From Octopus vulgaris (lineage: Eukaryota), in contig OX597842.1 of the NCBI GenBank assembly GCA_951406725.2, positions 5,084,001 to 5,148,000 of the forward strand: a stretch of 64,000 nucleotides of DNA, read 5' to 3'. Both the position numbers and the translations under genes were made by a program. Shown here piece by piece: positions 25,276 through 36,172 of this stretch. Below the pieces are notes generated by a model. The model ran no database searches. It was not told where the DNA came from and was given only the letters and a program-made list of their open reading frames with translations. Every line of letters starts with the position of its first letter. Position 1 is the first letter of the stretch.

Positions 25276-25359
25276 TGGCTGATGATTGCTCAACATTTTA
25301 AAACTGTTGTAATACTTACAACATTTAATAAAATGATGTAGCGTGAAACGATCGTACCA
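25276..25359 (+). ncRNA. Type I hammerhead ribozyme motif with extended stem II
   Basis: Stem I TGG/CCA, core CTGATGA (25279-25285), 59-nt hairpin, GAAA (25345-25348), palindromic stem III ACGATCGT, cleavage triplet GTA (25354-25356). Confidence 0.75.
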
Positions 25360-25696
25360 AATTACCGAAGTTATTCTTGTTGCTTATTTTGATATATATA
25401 TATATCATCAATAATAATAAAGGGTAAAATTGATTAATCAATTTATAATTAATAATCTTACCAAACAACTAGCTTGGTAATTTGGTACGATCGTTTAAAA
25501 GAACCTTTATCGGTAAACTTATACAAAAATTATTATAATTATAATTAGGGCTTACCAAAATTGCTTCACCACATACCGAAATTTAGAAATAGCAGTTAAA
25601 TACTATTCTACTACCATAAGATATCTCCCAGACAGCAATATTCTCAACTCACACAGGCAAAGAGAAAAAAATAACGAACCCACCTGGCTTTGATTA

Positions 25697-25765
25697 ACTA
25701 TATACACGTTTCTGGATTAAAGATATGTAAAATAACTCACACCTTATTTCCTTCATCAGTATAGT
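25697..25765 (-). ncRNA. Type I hammerhead ribozyme motif
   Basis: Minus strand ACTATA-CTGATGA-[40 nt, GGA..TCC stem]-GAAA-CGTG-TA-TATAGT, with a perfect 6-bp stem I. Confidence 0.7.
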
Positions 25766-25837
25766 ATTTCAATTATAAATTTGAGAGCACTAGCAATCAA
25801 AATATTTATTCGACCAAACACCATTGAGCAAAATTAA

Positions 25838-26240
25838 TACTCTTTTACTCTTTTACTTGTTTCAGTCATTTGACTGCGGCCATGCTGGAGCACCGCCTTT
25901 AGTCGAGCAAATCGACCCCGGGACTTATTCTTTGTAAGCCCAGTATTTATTCTATCGATCTCTTTTGCCAAACCGCTAAGTGACGGGGACGTAAACACAC
26001 CAGCATCAGTTGTCAAGCAATGCTAGGGGGACAACCACAGACACACAAACACACACACATATATATATACATATATACGACAGGCTTCTTTTCAGTTTCC
26101 GTCTACCAAATCCACTCACAAGGCATTGGTCGGCCTGGGGCTATAGCAGAAGACACTTGCCAAAGATGCTACGCAGTGGGACTGAACCCAGAACCATGTG
26201 ATTGGTTAGCAAGCTACTTACCACACAGCCACTCCTGCAC
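25838..26240 (-). mobile_element. Abundant SINE, well-preserved copy
   Basis: Reverse complement of the family at 9088-9490 and 29571-29980. Confidence 0.85.
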
Positions 26241-26300
26241 CTAATATCCCCAAAACCAGTACTTCTGAATTCATATAGACGAGTAGACGAGTATATATAC

Positions 26301-26356
<56 letters not shown>

Positions 26357-26472
26357 ATATTTCGGAATGGTCATATTGCCAGTTTAGCCAATAAAAACAC
26401 ACGCACTATATATTTGGTGTTATTTTGCTTCAGTGTTATTTATTTTTTACATTAATCTTAATCTTATTTCAG

Positions 26473-26512
26473 CCAGAGTTCTTTCGTCACACTCCTGTGA
26501 CCACATCAGTGG
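26473..26512 (-). ncRNA. Minimal hammerhead-like motif in the Penelope-type 3' region
   Basis: Minus strand CCA-CTGATGTG-GTCACA GGAG TGTGAC-GAAA-GAACTC-TGG. The core deviates from CUGANGA at the last position. Confidence 0.55.
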
Positions 26513-26778
26513 TCCTTTGTTTTCTTCTTTCTTATTTGTGTCCCTCCTTACTAACCGTCAGCCATTTTGTATTTCTATTGTATATCTTCATTTGCGCATG
26601 CTTATATCTCTATGTGCGTCTATGTTTATTTAGTGTGTGTATGTGAGGGGATGCCTGTAATATTTGTATCTTCTGTTTATATATGTTCATATAATTTGTA
26701 TTTTGTTTTTTTTATTCTTATTTTGTTCATGTGTTTACATCCACTTATTATTATCATTACATATGCTTGTATGTATGT

Positions 26779-26826
<48 letters not shown>

Positions 26827-26884
26827 TTTATTTCTATTAGTTTATTTATCTGTGTATTTATTATGTTTTCAGGATCCTCTATCG

Positions 26885-29015
26885 TCATATGTTGTGGTGT
26901 GTGTTAGTGCTCCATTCTAGTTTTCTATTCAGGCTAGGTTTATTTTCTATTATGTGTGTAGCTTCTGTAATTTGTCTAATTGTTGCATCTGATCTATGTG
27001 TGGATAATATTTTAATTTCTATGTTATTGATTGATCCCCCGTGTTCCTGTTCGGCATGTTGGTACAGAATCGATGAGCTTTTACCTTCCTTGAGTTGTCT
27101 CCAATGCTCATTTACCCGCTCTCCTATGCTTCTTGCCGTTTCCCCTACGTATGTCGTTGTCTTGTTACTGCATCGTCCCTCTATACATCTTATACTATAG
27201 ACTACATTTCTGGCTTTACAGTTTGTTTGTGGGCTAAATCTACATACAGTACAGTACTTATCCGTACAGGGTGTTCTACTAAAAGGATAGGGTTGCCTGG
27301 CTTTTCAACAACCTTAATTCTTAGCTTAAGTTTGTCTAGGGTCCTTCTAAAGCGGTACACCAGTTCACCTCCAGGGGTGGTGTCAACGAACATGACACTC
27401 TGGTATTTATGGCTATTATACCAAGAGTTGGCCTTCCCTATTTTCTTTTTTGTCCTTTCTATAGTGTTCCATGACTTGTTCCTATAGAGTGAGCAAATCC
27501 CATTCCTATCATTACATAATATATTATCAAATTTCTTCATGGCTTCTTTGTATACTCTGATCCTTTCTTTATGGCTGTAACCTGAGAACTGCATGCGGTG
27601 AATGAAATATTGTATGTGTCTCTTTAACTCTGTGGGCTCGCACATGCGTGACACATTTCTCATTATTCTGACGAGGTCTGCCATCAAAATATTGAATTTG
27701 GCATTGTCCGCAATGGCTGAGTTCCGGTGGATCAAGTATTTTGAGGCCATAGGTTTGGCATAGTATGAATGAAGGATTTGGGTTTTATTATTCACAATTT
27801 CTAGCCAGAGTTCAGTGTCTAGTACTGGTAGTCTATGGTTGGAGTGTTTAGTGGGGTAGTCTATTGTGACCTTAATACTCTGGTGGATGGAGTTAGCTAT
27901 TTGCTGGATGCTCTCCATAGTATTAGTTTCTATTACTATATCAACCTTACTCTCTTGTGGGGGTGCCTTTACCACTATGTTGATATCATCAACATAGCGA
28001 GAGTACATGTTTACGAGTATGGAGTTCTGTGTTAGGCGTTCTTTAAGCCTTCTGTCCCACCATACCATGAAAAGGTTGGCCACATCACCAGCGATACTAA
28101 CGCCGATGGCTGCCCCCTCGTCCTGGGCGTATATTTTATTATTAAACTTAAACGTGTGGCCTTTTAGGGTAACTCTTATACTAGCTCCTAGTGCATGTGC
28201 GATCATTTTCTTTATCTGATGGACATTTGCGGGGCTCCGCATGGCTCTGGTCCATCCGCGCCATCTTTCTATATGTGTCTTCCTAGCCATAGAAGTAATT
28301 GTGGGCGGTCTACCTCTTAAACATCTACTGGGGCAGAAACTACTAAGATTATGTTTATCTAAGTATTTCTAAAAGTATTACATGTCAGTCTAAGTAGGAG
28401 GCCCAGTTCTTCTGTGTTGACATTACGGAACTCCACCTGGCTCTCATTGATCATCTCCACGCACTTCTCCACCGCAAAATCTACGTTGATCGATGGGTAT
28501 AGGGATACCACATCCATGCTACCCACCATACATCCTGTCAGGTCACAAGTGTTGTTACAGTCATCGATCCTGCTGAGGAGATCTTCTGTGCTGTCACAAA
28601 CATCAGGTGACATCCGGATTATAGGGCATATGATCATTGAGAGGAAGTAGGAGATTCTGTAATTGCTAGCGATATTCGCTCCACAGACTGGTCTTGTTGG
28701 TGGTCCTGCTATAAGGTCAGTAATTACTTTATGGTCCTTGCGAAGTCCATACAGTGCCGGGATATCATTGTTCCAGGCTTGGAAATTATTTGCTGTACAT
28801 TTCTGGGGTCCCAGAACAATTGTCCACATCATCATGTGGGCGTTGAGGACCTTTTCTCTCTCCTCATGTGCCTGTACAGTTGTTATTTTTGTATTGGCGA
28901 TATGAGGTTGCATTGCCTGGATGTAGTTCGGTAAGCTGTCTATTGACATCCTGCCGGACTTATCTGTGGGAAGGCATACCACCTCTCCGTTCCTCGTGGG
29001 TCCCTCCCTTTGCAT
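26885..29015 (-). pseudogene. Penelope-like element ORF (RT plus C-terminal GIY-YIG endonuclease), 5'-truncated and frameshifted; probably Naiad-type
   Basis: RT motifs 'LPTDKSGR', 'YGLRKDHK..PTRPVCGA', 'GSMDVVSLYPSI', 'QDEGAAIG', 'RYVDD'. A -strand frame at 26885-27290 that the ORF track misses reads 'CTDKYCTVC..NCKARNVVYSIRCIEGRC..YVGETARSIGERVNEH..LYQHAEQEH..RQITEATHI..PSLNRKLEW'. Confidence 0.88.
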
Positions 29016-29570
29016 TTTCTGGAAGGATTTACTCTTTTAACCTTTTTAAATACACACTAAATTACCCCACAAGCCAGCAGGGGTTTGTTATTATAGCATA
29101 TATGGTTTGAGCAGAGCCAGTCTTACTCACTCTTCCTTCAAACTTGTATTGGTCTGGTACCAATACAAGTGGTTATCAGGATGTAGGATTTGTATGGAGT
29201 TACCTTCTCTTGGATGAGTAACTAAAAAGCTGAAGGGCCTCATCTGCCCTGGGTCCATTAGGATGTCTGTGGGTAACCTTCTTCCAGATACAATTCTATG
29301 AAATGCTAATTAACCTACAGCTGGGGCCCTGGTAAGTGCTACTACTCTGGGTCTGAGAGTAGACCTGGGAACAATAGTGACTAAGACATGGGCTCACACT
29401 CCACAAAGTCTTGGAACTTCCAAACCAAGTCTCCACAATCAGATACAGTCTAAAGTCAAATCCAGAATTAACAAACTATAAACCACAAATACTGTTTCTT
29501 CTTTTATTCACTTTCCTCAAATGTTTACCTTGTTTCATCCCACTCCACCTTTGTTTTAGTTAACCCTTTA

Positions 29571-29980
29571 GGAGGCGCAGGAGTGGCTGTGGTAAGTAGC
29601 TTGTTTACCAAGCACATGGTTCCGGGTTCAGTCCCACTGCGGGGCATCTTGGGCAAGTGTCTTCTACTATAGCCTCGAGCCGGCCAATGCCTTGTGAGTG
29701 GATTTGGTAGACGGAAACTGAAAGAAGCCCGTCGTATATATGTATATATATATATATGTGTGTGTATATGTTTGTGTGTCTGTGTTTGTCCCCCCAACAT
29801 TGCTTGACAACCGATGCTGGTGTGTTTACGTCACCGTAACTTAGCGGTTCGGAAAAAGAGACTGATAGAATAAGTACTAGGCTTACAATGAATAAGTCCT
29901 GGGGTCGATTTGCTCAACTGAAGGTGGTGCTCCAGCATGGCCACAGTCAAATGACTGAAACAAGTAAAAGAGTAAAAAGA
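29571..29980 (+). mobile_element. Abundant SINE, full-length young copy, nested in a TTAA-flanked piggyBac-like MITE (~29564-30130)
   Basis: Complete head 'aggcgcaggagtggctgtggtaagtagc..ggttcagtccc' through tail 'aagtaaaagagtaaaa'. The flanks read 'ttaaccctt' and 'aaagggttaa'; a related MITE lies at ~39318-39870. Confidence 0.8.
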
Positions 29981-30679
29981 GAGAGTCAAATGTAATGTTT
30001 ATTTATTCACATTGTTTTGAATTATCAATGCATTATCTTGTAGATTTCAATGATGCGATTGTTTATTTTTAGAAAGACATTGTTGGGGAGGTACGAGAGG
30101 CCAGATCTGGCTGGTTTAAATGTCAAAGGGTTAAACCCAGCCTTGTTATATTTCTTTTTATCTCTAGCCCCACTGCATGCCACCTTGGGCAAATGTCTTC
30201 TACTATAGCCCAGAGCTGACCAAAGCCCTGTGAGAGAATTTGGAAGAATGAAACTGAAAGAAGCACATTGTACATGTGTGGTAAGAAGTTTGCTTCTCAA
30301 CCACCTGGATATGGGTTCAGTCCCACTGCATGTCATCATGTGCAAGTGCCTTCTACTGTAGCTTTGGGCTGACCTTAAAGCCTTGTGAGTGGATTTGGTA
30401 GACAGAAACTGAAAGAAGCCCATGGTATGTTTGTGTGTTTGTTCCTTGCCACCACTTGACAACTGGTGTTGGTGTGTTTACATCCCTGTAACTTAGTGGT
30501 TCAGCAAAAGTGGTCAACAGAATAAGTACCAGACTTCAAATAAATAAGTACTGAGGTCAATTCATTCAACTCAAAATTCTTCAGCATAGCCACAGTCTAA
30601 TGACTGAAACAAGTAAAAAGATAAAAAAGATAAAGGTATGTATATATCTATATCTATATACACACACATACACACACAC

Positions 30680-31080
30680 TCTTTACTCTTTTACTTGTTT
30701 CAGTCATTTGACTGCGGCCATGCTGGAGCACTGCATTTAGTCGAACAGATCGACCCCAGTACATATTCTTTGTAAGCCTAGTACTTATTCCATCGGTCTC
30801 CTTTGTCGAAGCGCTAAGTTATGGGGGACATAAGCACACCAACATCGGTTGTCAAGTGATGTTGGCGGGGACAAACACAGACATGCAAACATGTACACAC
30901 ACATACATATATATATATATATATGACTGGCTTCTTTCAGTTTCCATCTACCAATTCTACTCACAAGGCTTTGGTCAGCCCGAGGCTATAGTAGAAGACA
31001 CTCGCCCAAGGTGCCACACAGTGGGACTGAAGCCAGAACCATGTGGTTGGTAAACAAGCTACTTACCACACAGCCGCTTC
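30680..31080 (-). mobile_element. Abundant SINE copy in inverted orientation
   Basis: Reverse complement of 29571-29980. Confidence 0.85.
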
Positions 31081-32175
31081 TGCGACAGGTGGGATATATC
31101 ATCCAGGTGGATACTGTGGTGGCTCTCAGTCATGTTCCAGTTTACGGCTAACCACATCTATGACTACTTTTAGTTGTTAGCCACTCTGTAAATTCCTCTG
31201 ATGGTAATTCCATATTTGCTTCATTGGACAGTAATATTGTCTGGAATATATATTAGTAATAATTGTAATGATATAGAATATGGAGACTTATTCATCCTCA
31301 AAATTTATTTTCTCTTATTTTACAATTTTATACAGTGTATTATTATGGTCTGTCTGTCTGCCTGTCTGTATGTGTATGTGTGTATGTTTGTTTCTCCACC
31401 ACCACCACTACTTGACAACCTGCATTAATTTATTTATATCCCTATAATAGAGCAATTTGGTTAAAGAGAAAATAGAATAAGTAACTAGACAAAAAACACT
31501 AAAAAAGCAAGTACTGAGGTTGATTTATTCAACTATAACTCTTCAAGGTGTGCTCCAGCATAACCACAGTCCAATAACTGAAACAAATAAAAGATAAAAG
31601 ATAAAAATCTATAATCAGTGATTTATGATTTATGGTTTTCTAACACGGACACCTACACATGAGGAAAACTCTAAATGGTGTGTACACAAGAAAGCTTTAC
31701 GCTGTTCTAAACAGCTCAAGATATTGACAAATAGCTTTGCCAAGCCTTTGCAGATATCACAGAACTATTAATCAGAGAATTAGCAAAACATATGAAATAT
31801 CAAAGAGACAATTAACAGAACTATGACAGAGCTCAAGACATCTCATGTGGCTGTGTGGTAAGAAGTTTGTTCCGTAATCACATAGTTCTCGGTTTAGTCC
31901 TATTGCATGGCACCTTAGACAAGTACCTTCTACTATAGCCTTGGGCCAACTGAAATATTGTTAGTGGATTTGGTAGCTGGGATCTGAAAAAAAGCCCATT
32001 GTGTAATATATATGGCGGGTTTCTTTCAGAACTGGCATGTTCCAATAGATGTAAATCCACTAATATGGCTTTGGTCTTCCTGAGGCTGTGTGTGTGTGTT
32101 CATAAAATAATAATAATAATAAACATTGTGTACAGTGCTCAGGTGCACTACAGCTCATCGAAAGTGTATATATAA

Positions 32176-34960
32176 TCAGGTGTAGTTTCGACGGATTTCG
32201 GAAAGCATGAGGGCCTTAAAGGATGCAGTGTCATGGCAGTCAACAACTGACGCAGGCAGTTTATTCCATGCTTCAGCAACTCTGAGTGTGAAGAAATGTT
32301 TCTGAAAGTCATGGGAGCTGTGTTGTTTTCTGACTTTGTAGGCATGTCCACGTGTGTTAGACACATGGAGGTCAAAAAGGTGTTCAGTGTTGTTATTGGT
32401 GAGGTGGTTGACAACTTTGTGGGTGTTTACCAAGTCCGTCGCCAGACGCCAGAGCTTCAGTGAATCCATACCCAGGGAAACAAGACGCTCAGAATATGGT
32501 AGGTGTCTGATGGAGGGTATGCGTTTGGTTGCACGTCTCTGAACAGATTCCAGGAGGTCAATGTTCTGAGCAAGATAGGGGTTCCAAACTGATGATGCGA
32601 ATTCCAAGTGTGGTCGTACCATAGCTGTATACAGTTTTAAATAGATGGCTGGAGAGCGGCTAACAAAAGTCTTGCTGAGTGATGCCAAGACACCCTCGGC
32701 CTTCTTGACAATTTTAGAGATATGCTTTGTCCAACGCAAATCACTGCTGACAGTGATGCCTAGGTCATGCTCGCAAGAGGATTTCTTGATATCAGTGTTG
32801 TGGAGGGAGTATGTGGACGCAGGGTTTTTTCTCCCAAAATGCATGGTGGTACACTTGTCCACAGCCAGTTTCAGTTGCCAGTCTGTGATCCATTGCTGCA
32901 TTGTGTCCAGGTCTGATTGCAGGAAAGAGCTGTAGACAACAGGATCTGTCCTCTTGATGTCGTCTGCATATTTTAATACTGTGGCATTCTTTAAATTTGC
33001 ATCTATGTCATTAATGTATGCCACAAACAAGAGGGGACCAAGGACAGATCCCTGTGGTACACCCGATGACATCTTATATGGTGTAGAATGCTGTCCTAGA
33101 ACTGTGACTACCTCCTTTCGGTTGAGAATGAAGGACTTCAACCAGTTAAAAAGGTCATCCCTCACACCCATTGCAGAGAGTTTCACCATAAGCCTTTTGT
33201 GTGGCACAGAGTTGAAAGCCTTAGCAAAGTCGAGGTAGACAACATCCACCCATGAGCCACTGTCAGTGATCTGAGTAATGTCCTCAAGGAACTCGACAAG
33301 CTGATCACTGCAGCTGGAGTTAGGGACAAATCCATATTGTGAGGGTCGGATGAGACTGTGTGAGCTCCAGAAGTTCCAAAGTGTTTCTCTGACACACGAT
33401 TCCATCAGTTTTGCAATACAGCTAGTGAGACTGACTGGGCGATAGTTGACAGGTGATGTGCGGTCGCCCTTCTTGAACAGAGGAATGACACTGGCAGTTT
33501 TCCACTGTTCCGGAGTAGCACCATTGTTGAGACAGTACTGGAAGAAAGTAGAGAGCTGGTGTAAAAGGAAGTACCTGCCACGTTTGAGAAGCAGGTATGT
33601 AACTCCATCAAGACCAGGGGAGGCATAGTTGCGCTTATTTTGAAGGTGACGTCGCAGCATTGCAGGTGTAAATTCCATAGTTGTTATGGAATTTGCTGTT
33701 AGAGATGGTGAAGATGGTACATTTTGACTTTCAACAGTGAATATGTTTGCATAGCACTCGGCAATGAGTTCTGCGCATTCCTTGGGGTCGTCAGTGATCT
33801 GGTTTGTGTGAGGGTTGCGAAGAGGGCCCACTGGAGAGTGAGGTCTCTGCTTCGAATGCACATATTTCCAGAAAACCTTGCTGTCAGGATTGGCTGCTAT
33901 GCACTGTTCAAATTCAAGCACTGCTTTTTTTGTCACTTGCTTGAGATGGTTGGAAGATTTATTCCGCTTCTTCCTGTTGGTGTCTGATTTATGCAACTTG
34001 TAATCCCGTTCAGCAGTTCGACGTTCCTTCCTGGCAAGTCGGACCGCTGAAGTTTCCCAAATTGCACTTTTGGGGCGGTTCTTCTTTTTCTGTTTACATG
34101 GCACTGATGCTGCACATGCTGCCCATATTGAGTCCAGGATACTCTGGAGTATAGTATTCACATCTCCAGAGTTGTAGAATTCACGCCAGTTTGGGTGCTG
34201 TAGTTCAGTGTGGTACAGGTTCCAATCTGCTCTCTTCCAATTGAAGGAAGCAGTTTGGAGATGGTTCAGGTTTTTGTTGCCCGCAAGAGCCAGATTGGCG
34301 ATGATCATAGCATGATCAGAGTCACCTAGAGGTTCCTCCGTAGTGCAATTGATAACCGCTTCAGGAGTTGTGGTGAAGAGCAGGTCCAAGGTGTTGTCGC
34401 CTCTTGTTGGAGAGGTGACTACTTGTGACCAGTTTGAGTCCAGTACAAGCTCAACAAAATCGTTTGCACTCTGTGGCCAATGGAAGGTTTCCCAATTGAT
34501 CTCAGGATGATTGAAATCGCCTGCAATGAAAACATAAGTGGCTGTTTTCCTGGCAGCAGCTCAGAGGATATCACAAAGCTGTGTGTCCCGATGGTAATTT
34601 GGGGGACGATAAACAACACCAAGCAGGAGTGTTGACATGGTCATACGTACATCACAGAAAAAAACTTCTTCTTGTGATTCGTTCAAATCGGCACAAGGAA
34701 TTACTGAAAAATTTGAACGAACGTAGACCATCACACCACCACCACGGCGGTTAATGCGGTCCTTGCGGAAGAGGTTGTACCCAGTGATGTTGAAAACCCC
34801 ATCACAGAGTAAGGAATGCGCCCATGTTTCCGTGACAGTGATGAAGTCAGGGTCAATACTTCTGACGTAGGCGTTGAACAAATGTATTTTGTTGCATAAA
34901 CTGCGAGCATTTAAGGACAACAATTTGTACCCTGCTTGCAGTTTATGATGGTGTGTAGAG
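32176..34960 (-). pseudogene. CR1-type ORF2: AP endonuclease plus reverse transcriptase, broken by a stop/frameshift in the endonuclease
   Basis: Endonuclease 'SLNARSL','TETW','RKDR..GGGV','GDSDH'; RT 'NYRPVSLTS','YLDFAKAFNSVPH','GVPQGSVLGPLLF','YADD'; CR1-type C-terminus 'TRGHAYK..FFTLRVAEAWNKLP'. Confidence 0.92.
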
Positions 34961-34979
34961 GATGGCAGGTTGTTCAGGT

Positions 34980-36172
34980 TTAGTTTCCCTGAGTTGCGGT
35001 AGTTTTTTTAGTGTCAGTCATTGTGGGTAGAGAGCACTCAGACCAGCTGTTATCTCTCTTCCACGTTTCACCCGTCTTAACAAATCTCCAGATTTGTCCA
35101 TCTTCACGAAGACTGAAGCTTTCCTGTAGAGCTGAGTTCCGGTTCAGGGAAGCCGCTACACGTAGCTTCGGACGTACATCGGATGGTAAGCCTGGGCATG
35201 TTCGGAGGGTCGTCCGATTTTCACGCCCAGCTTTAACTGAGGCCAGATGGTATGCGGTTGCCTCAGCGTGGTCTGGAAAAGACAGCTTGATGAGCCTGCG
35301 TTTTGGGCCAGGTCGTCCAAGGCGGAGAGCACCTGTTGGGGGAACGCAGCCTAGGTCTTTGGCTGAGTTGGCAGCAAATGTCTGAAGATCAGCCATGTCT
35401 TCTGGCACCCCAATGACAATAACTTCACGGGTAGCAGAATCCGTGGTCTTAGATGCGGCAAGAGGTACAGGTACAGGGAGGTTCTTTAGCAGAGCATTCC
35501 GATAAGACTCTTCATTGTGGAGTCCAACCTGAATGCTTGCTTTTATTCCTGCAACTTCCCCTCTTAAAGCACAGATCGATTGTTGCAGTTCTGCAAGAAC
35601 CATACTGGTCAATTGGTGTTGTTGTTGTTGTTGTTATTGCTGCTGCTGCTCTGGTTGTGGTTGATTTTGTTGTTGATGTTGTTGTTGTTGCTGCTGTCGT
35701 TGCTGCTGCTGCTGCTCTGGTTGTGGTTGATGTTGTTGTTGCTGCTGCTCTGGTTGTGGTTGATTTTGTTGTTGCTGCTGTTGTTGTTGTTGCTGCTGCT
35801 GCTGCTGCTGCTCTAGTTGTGGTTGATTTTGTTGTTGCTGCTGTTGCTGTTCCGCCTCCTCCACGGGAGTGGCAGGGGGAGACACAATCGTCGGTTGTGG
35901 AGGCACGCAGGCCTGACACTGAAAAGTCCAAGATTTAAGCTGAACCATCTTCCAGAGTCTATCCATCATAGCATTATGATGGCTCTTTTTTTGGCCTGGG
36001 ATCTTCTGAAAGTCCGTGGCACATTGGAGGCAGACAGAGATGAGGCATGTCCCACATTCGACCCAGCGATATTTTCGGGTTCCGTATAGATGTGGCAGGT
36101 GTGATTTTCTGGGCAGTGTTCTATTTTGGAGCAGCGACCAGTCTTATCGCACGCCGCTATGGATTCCACCAT
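34980..36172 (-). pseudogene. CR1-type ORF1: PHD-like Cys cluster, polyQ tract, coiled coil, RRM-like domain
   Basis: 'CGTCLISVCLQC..WTFQCQAC', then Q-rich repeats, then in the same frame 'LAELQQSICALRGEV..EVIVIGVPE..LRLGRPGPKRRLIKLSF'. One CAA->TAA stop at 35634-35636 and a frameshift near 36060. Confidence 0.7.

Noticed and set aside
26885-27290. Selenocysteine recoding, reported for some Naiad elements
   Set aside because: All Cys positions read in the linker and endonuclease are TGT/TGC, there is no in-frame TGA before the terminal stop, and no convincing SECIS was seen.
31085-31295. Possible exon or long-stem hammerhead (CTGATGG..TCCATATT/AATATGGA)
   Set aside because: All three + frames contain stops, the core is non-canonical and the GAAA is missing.
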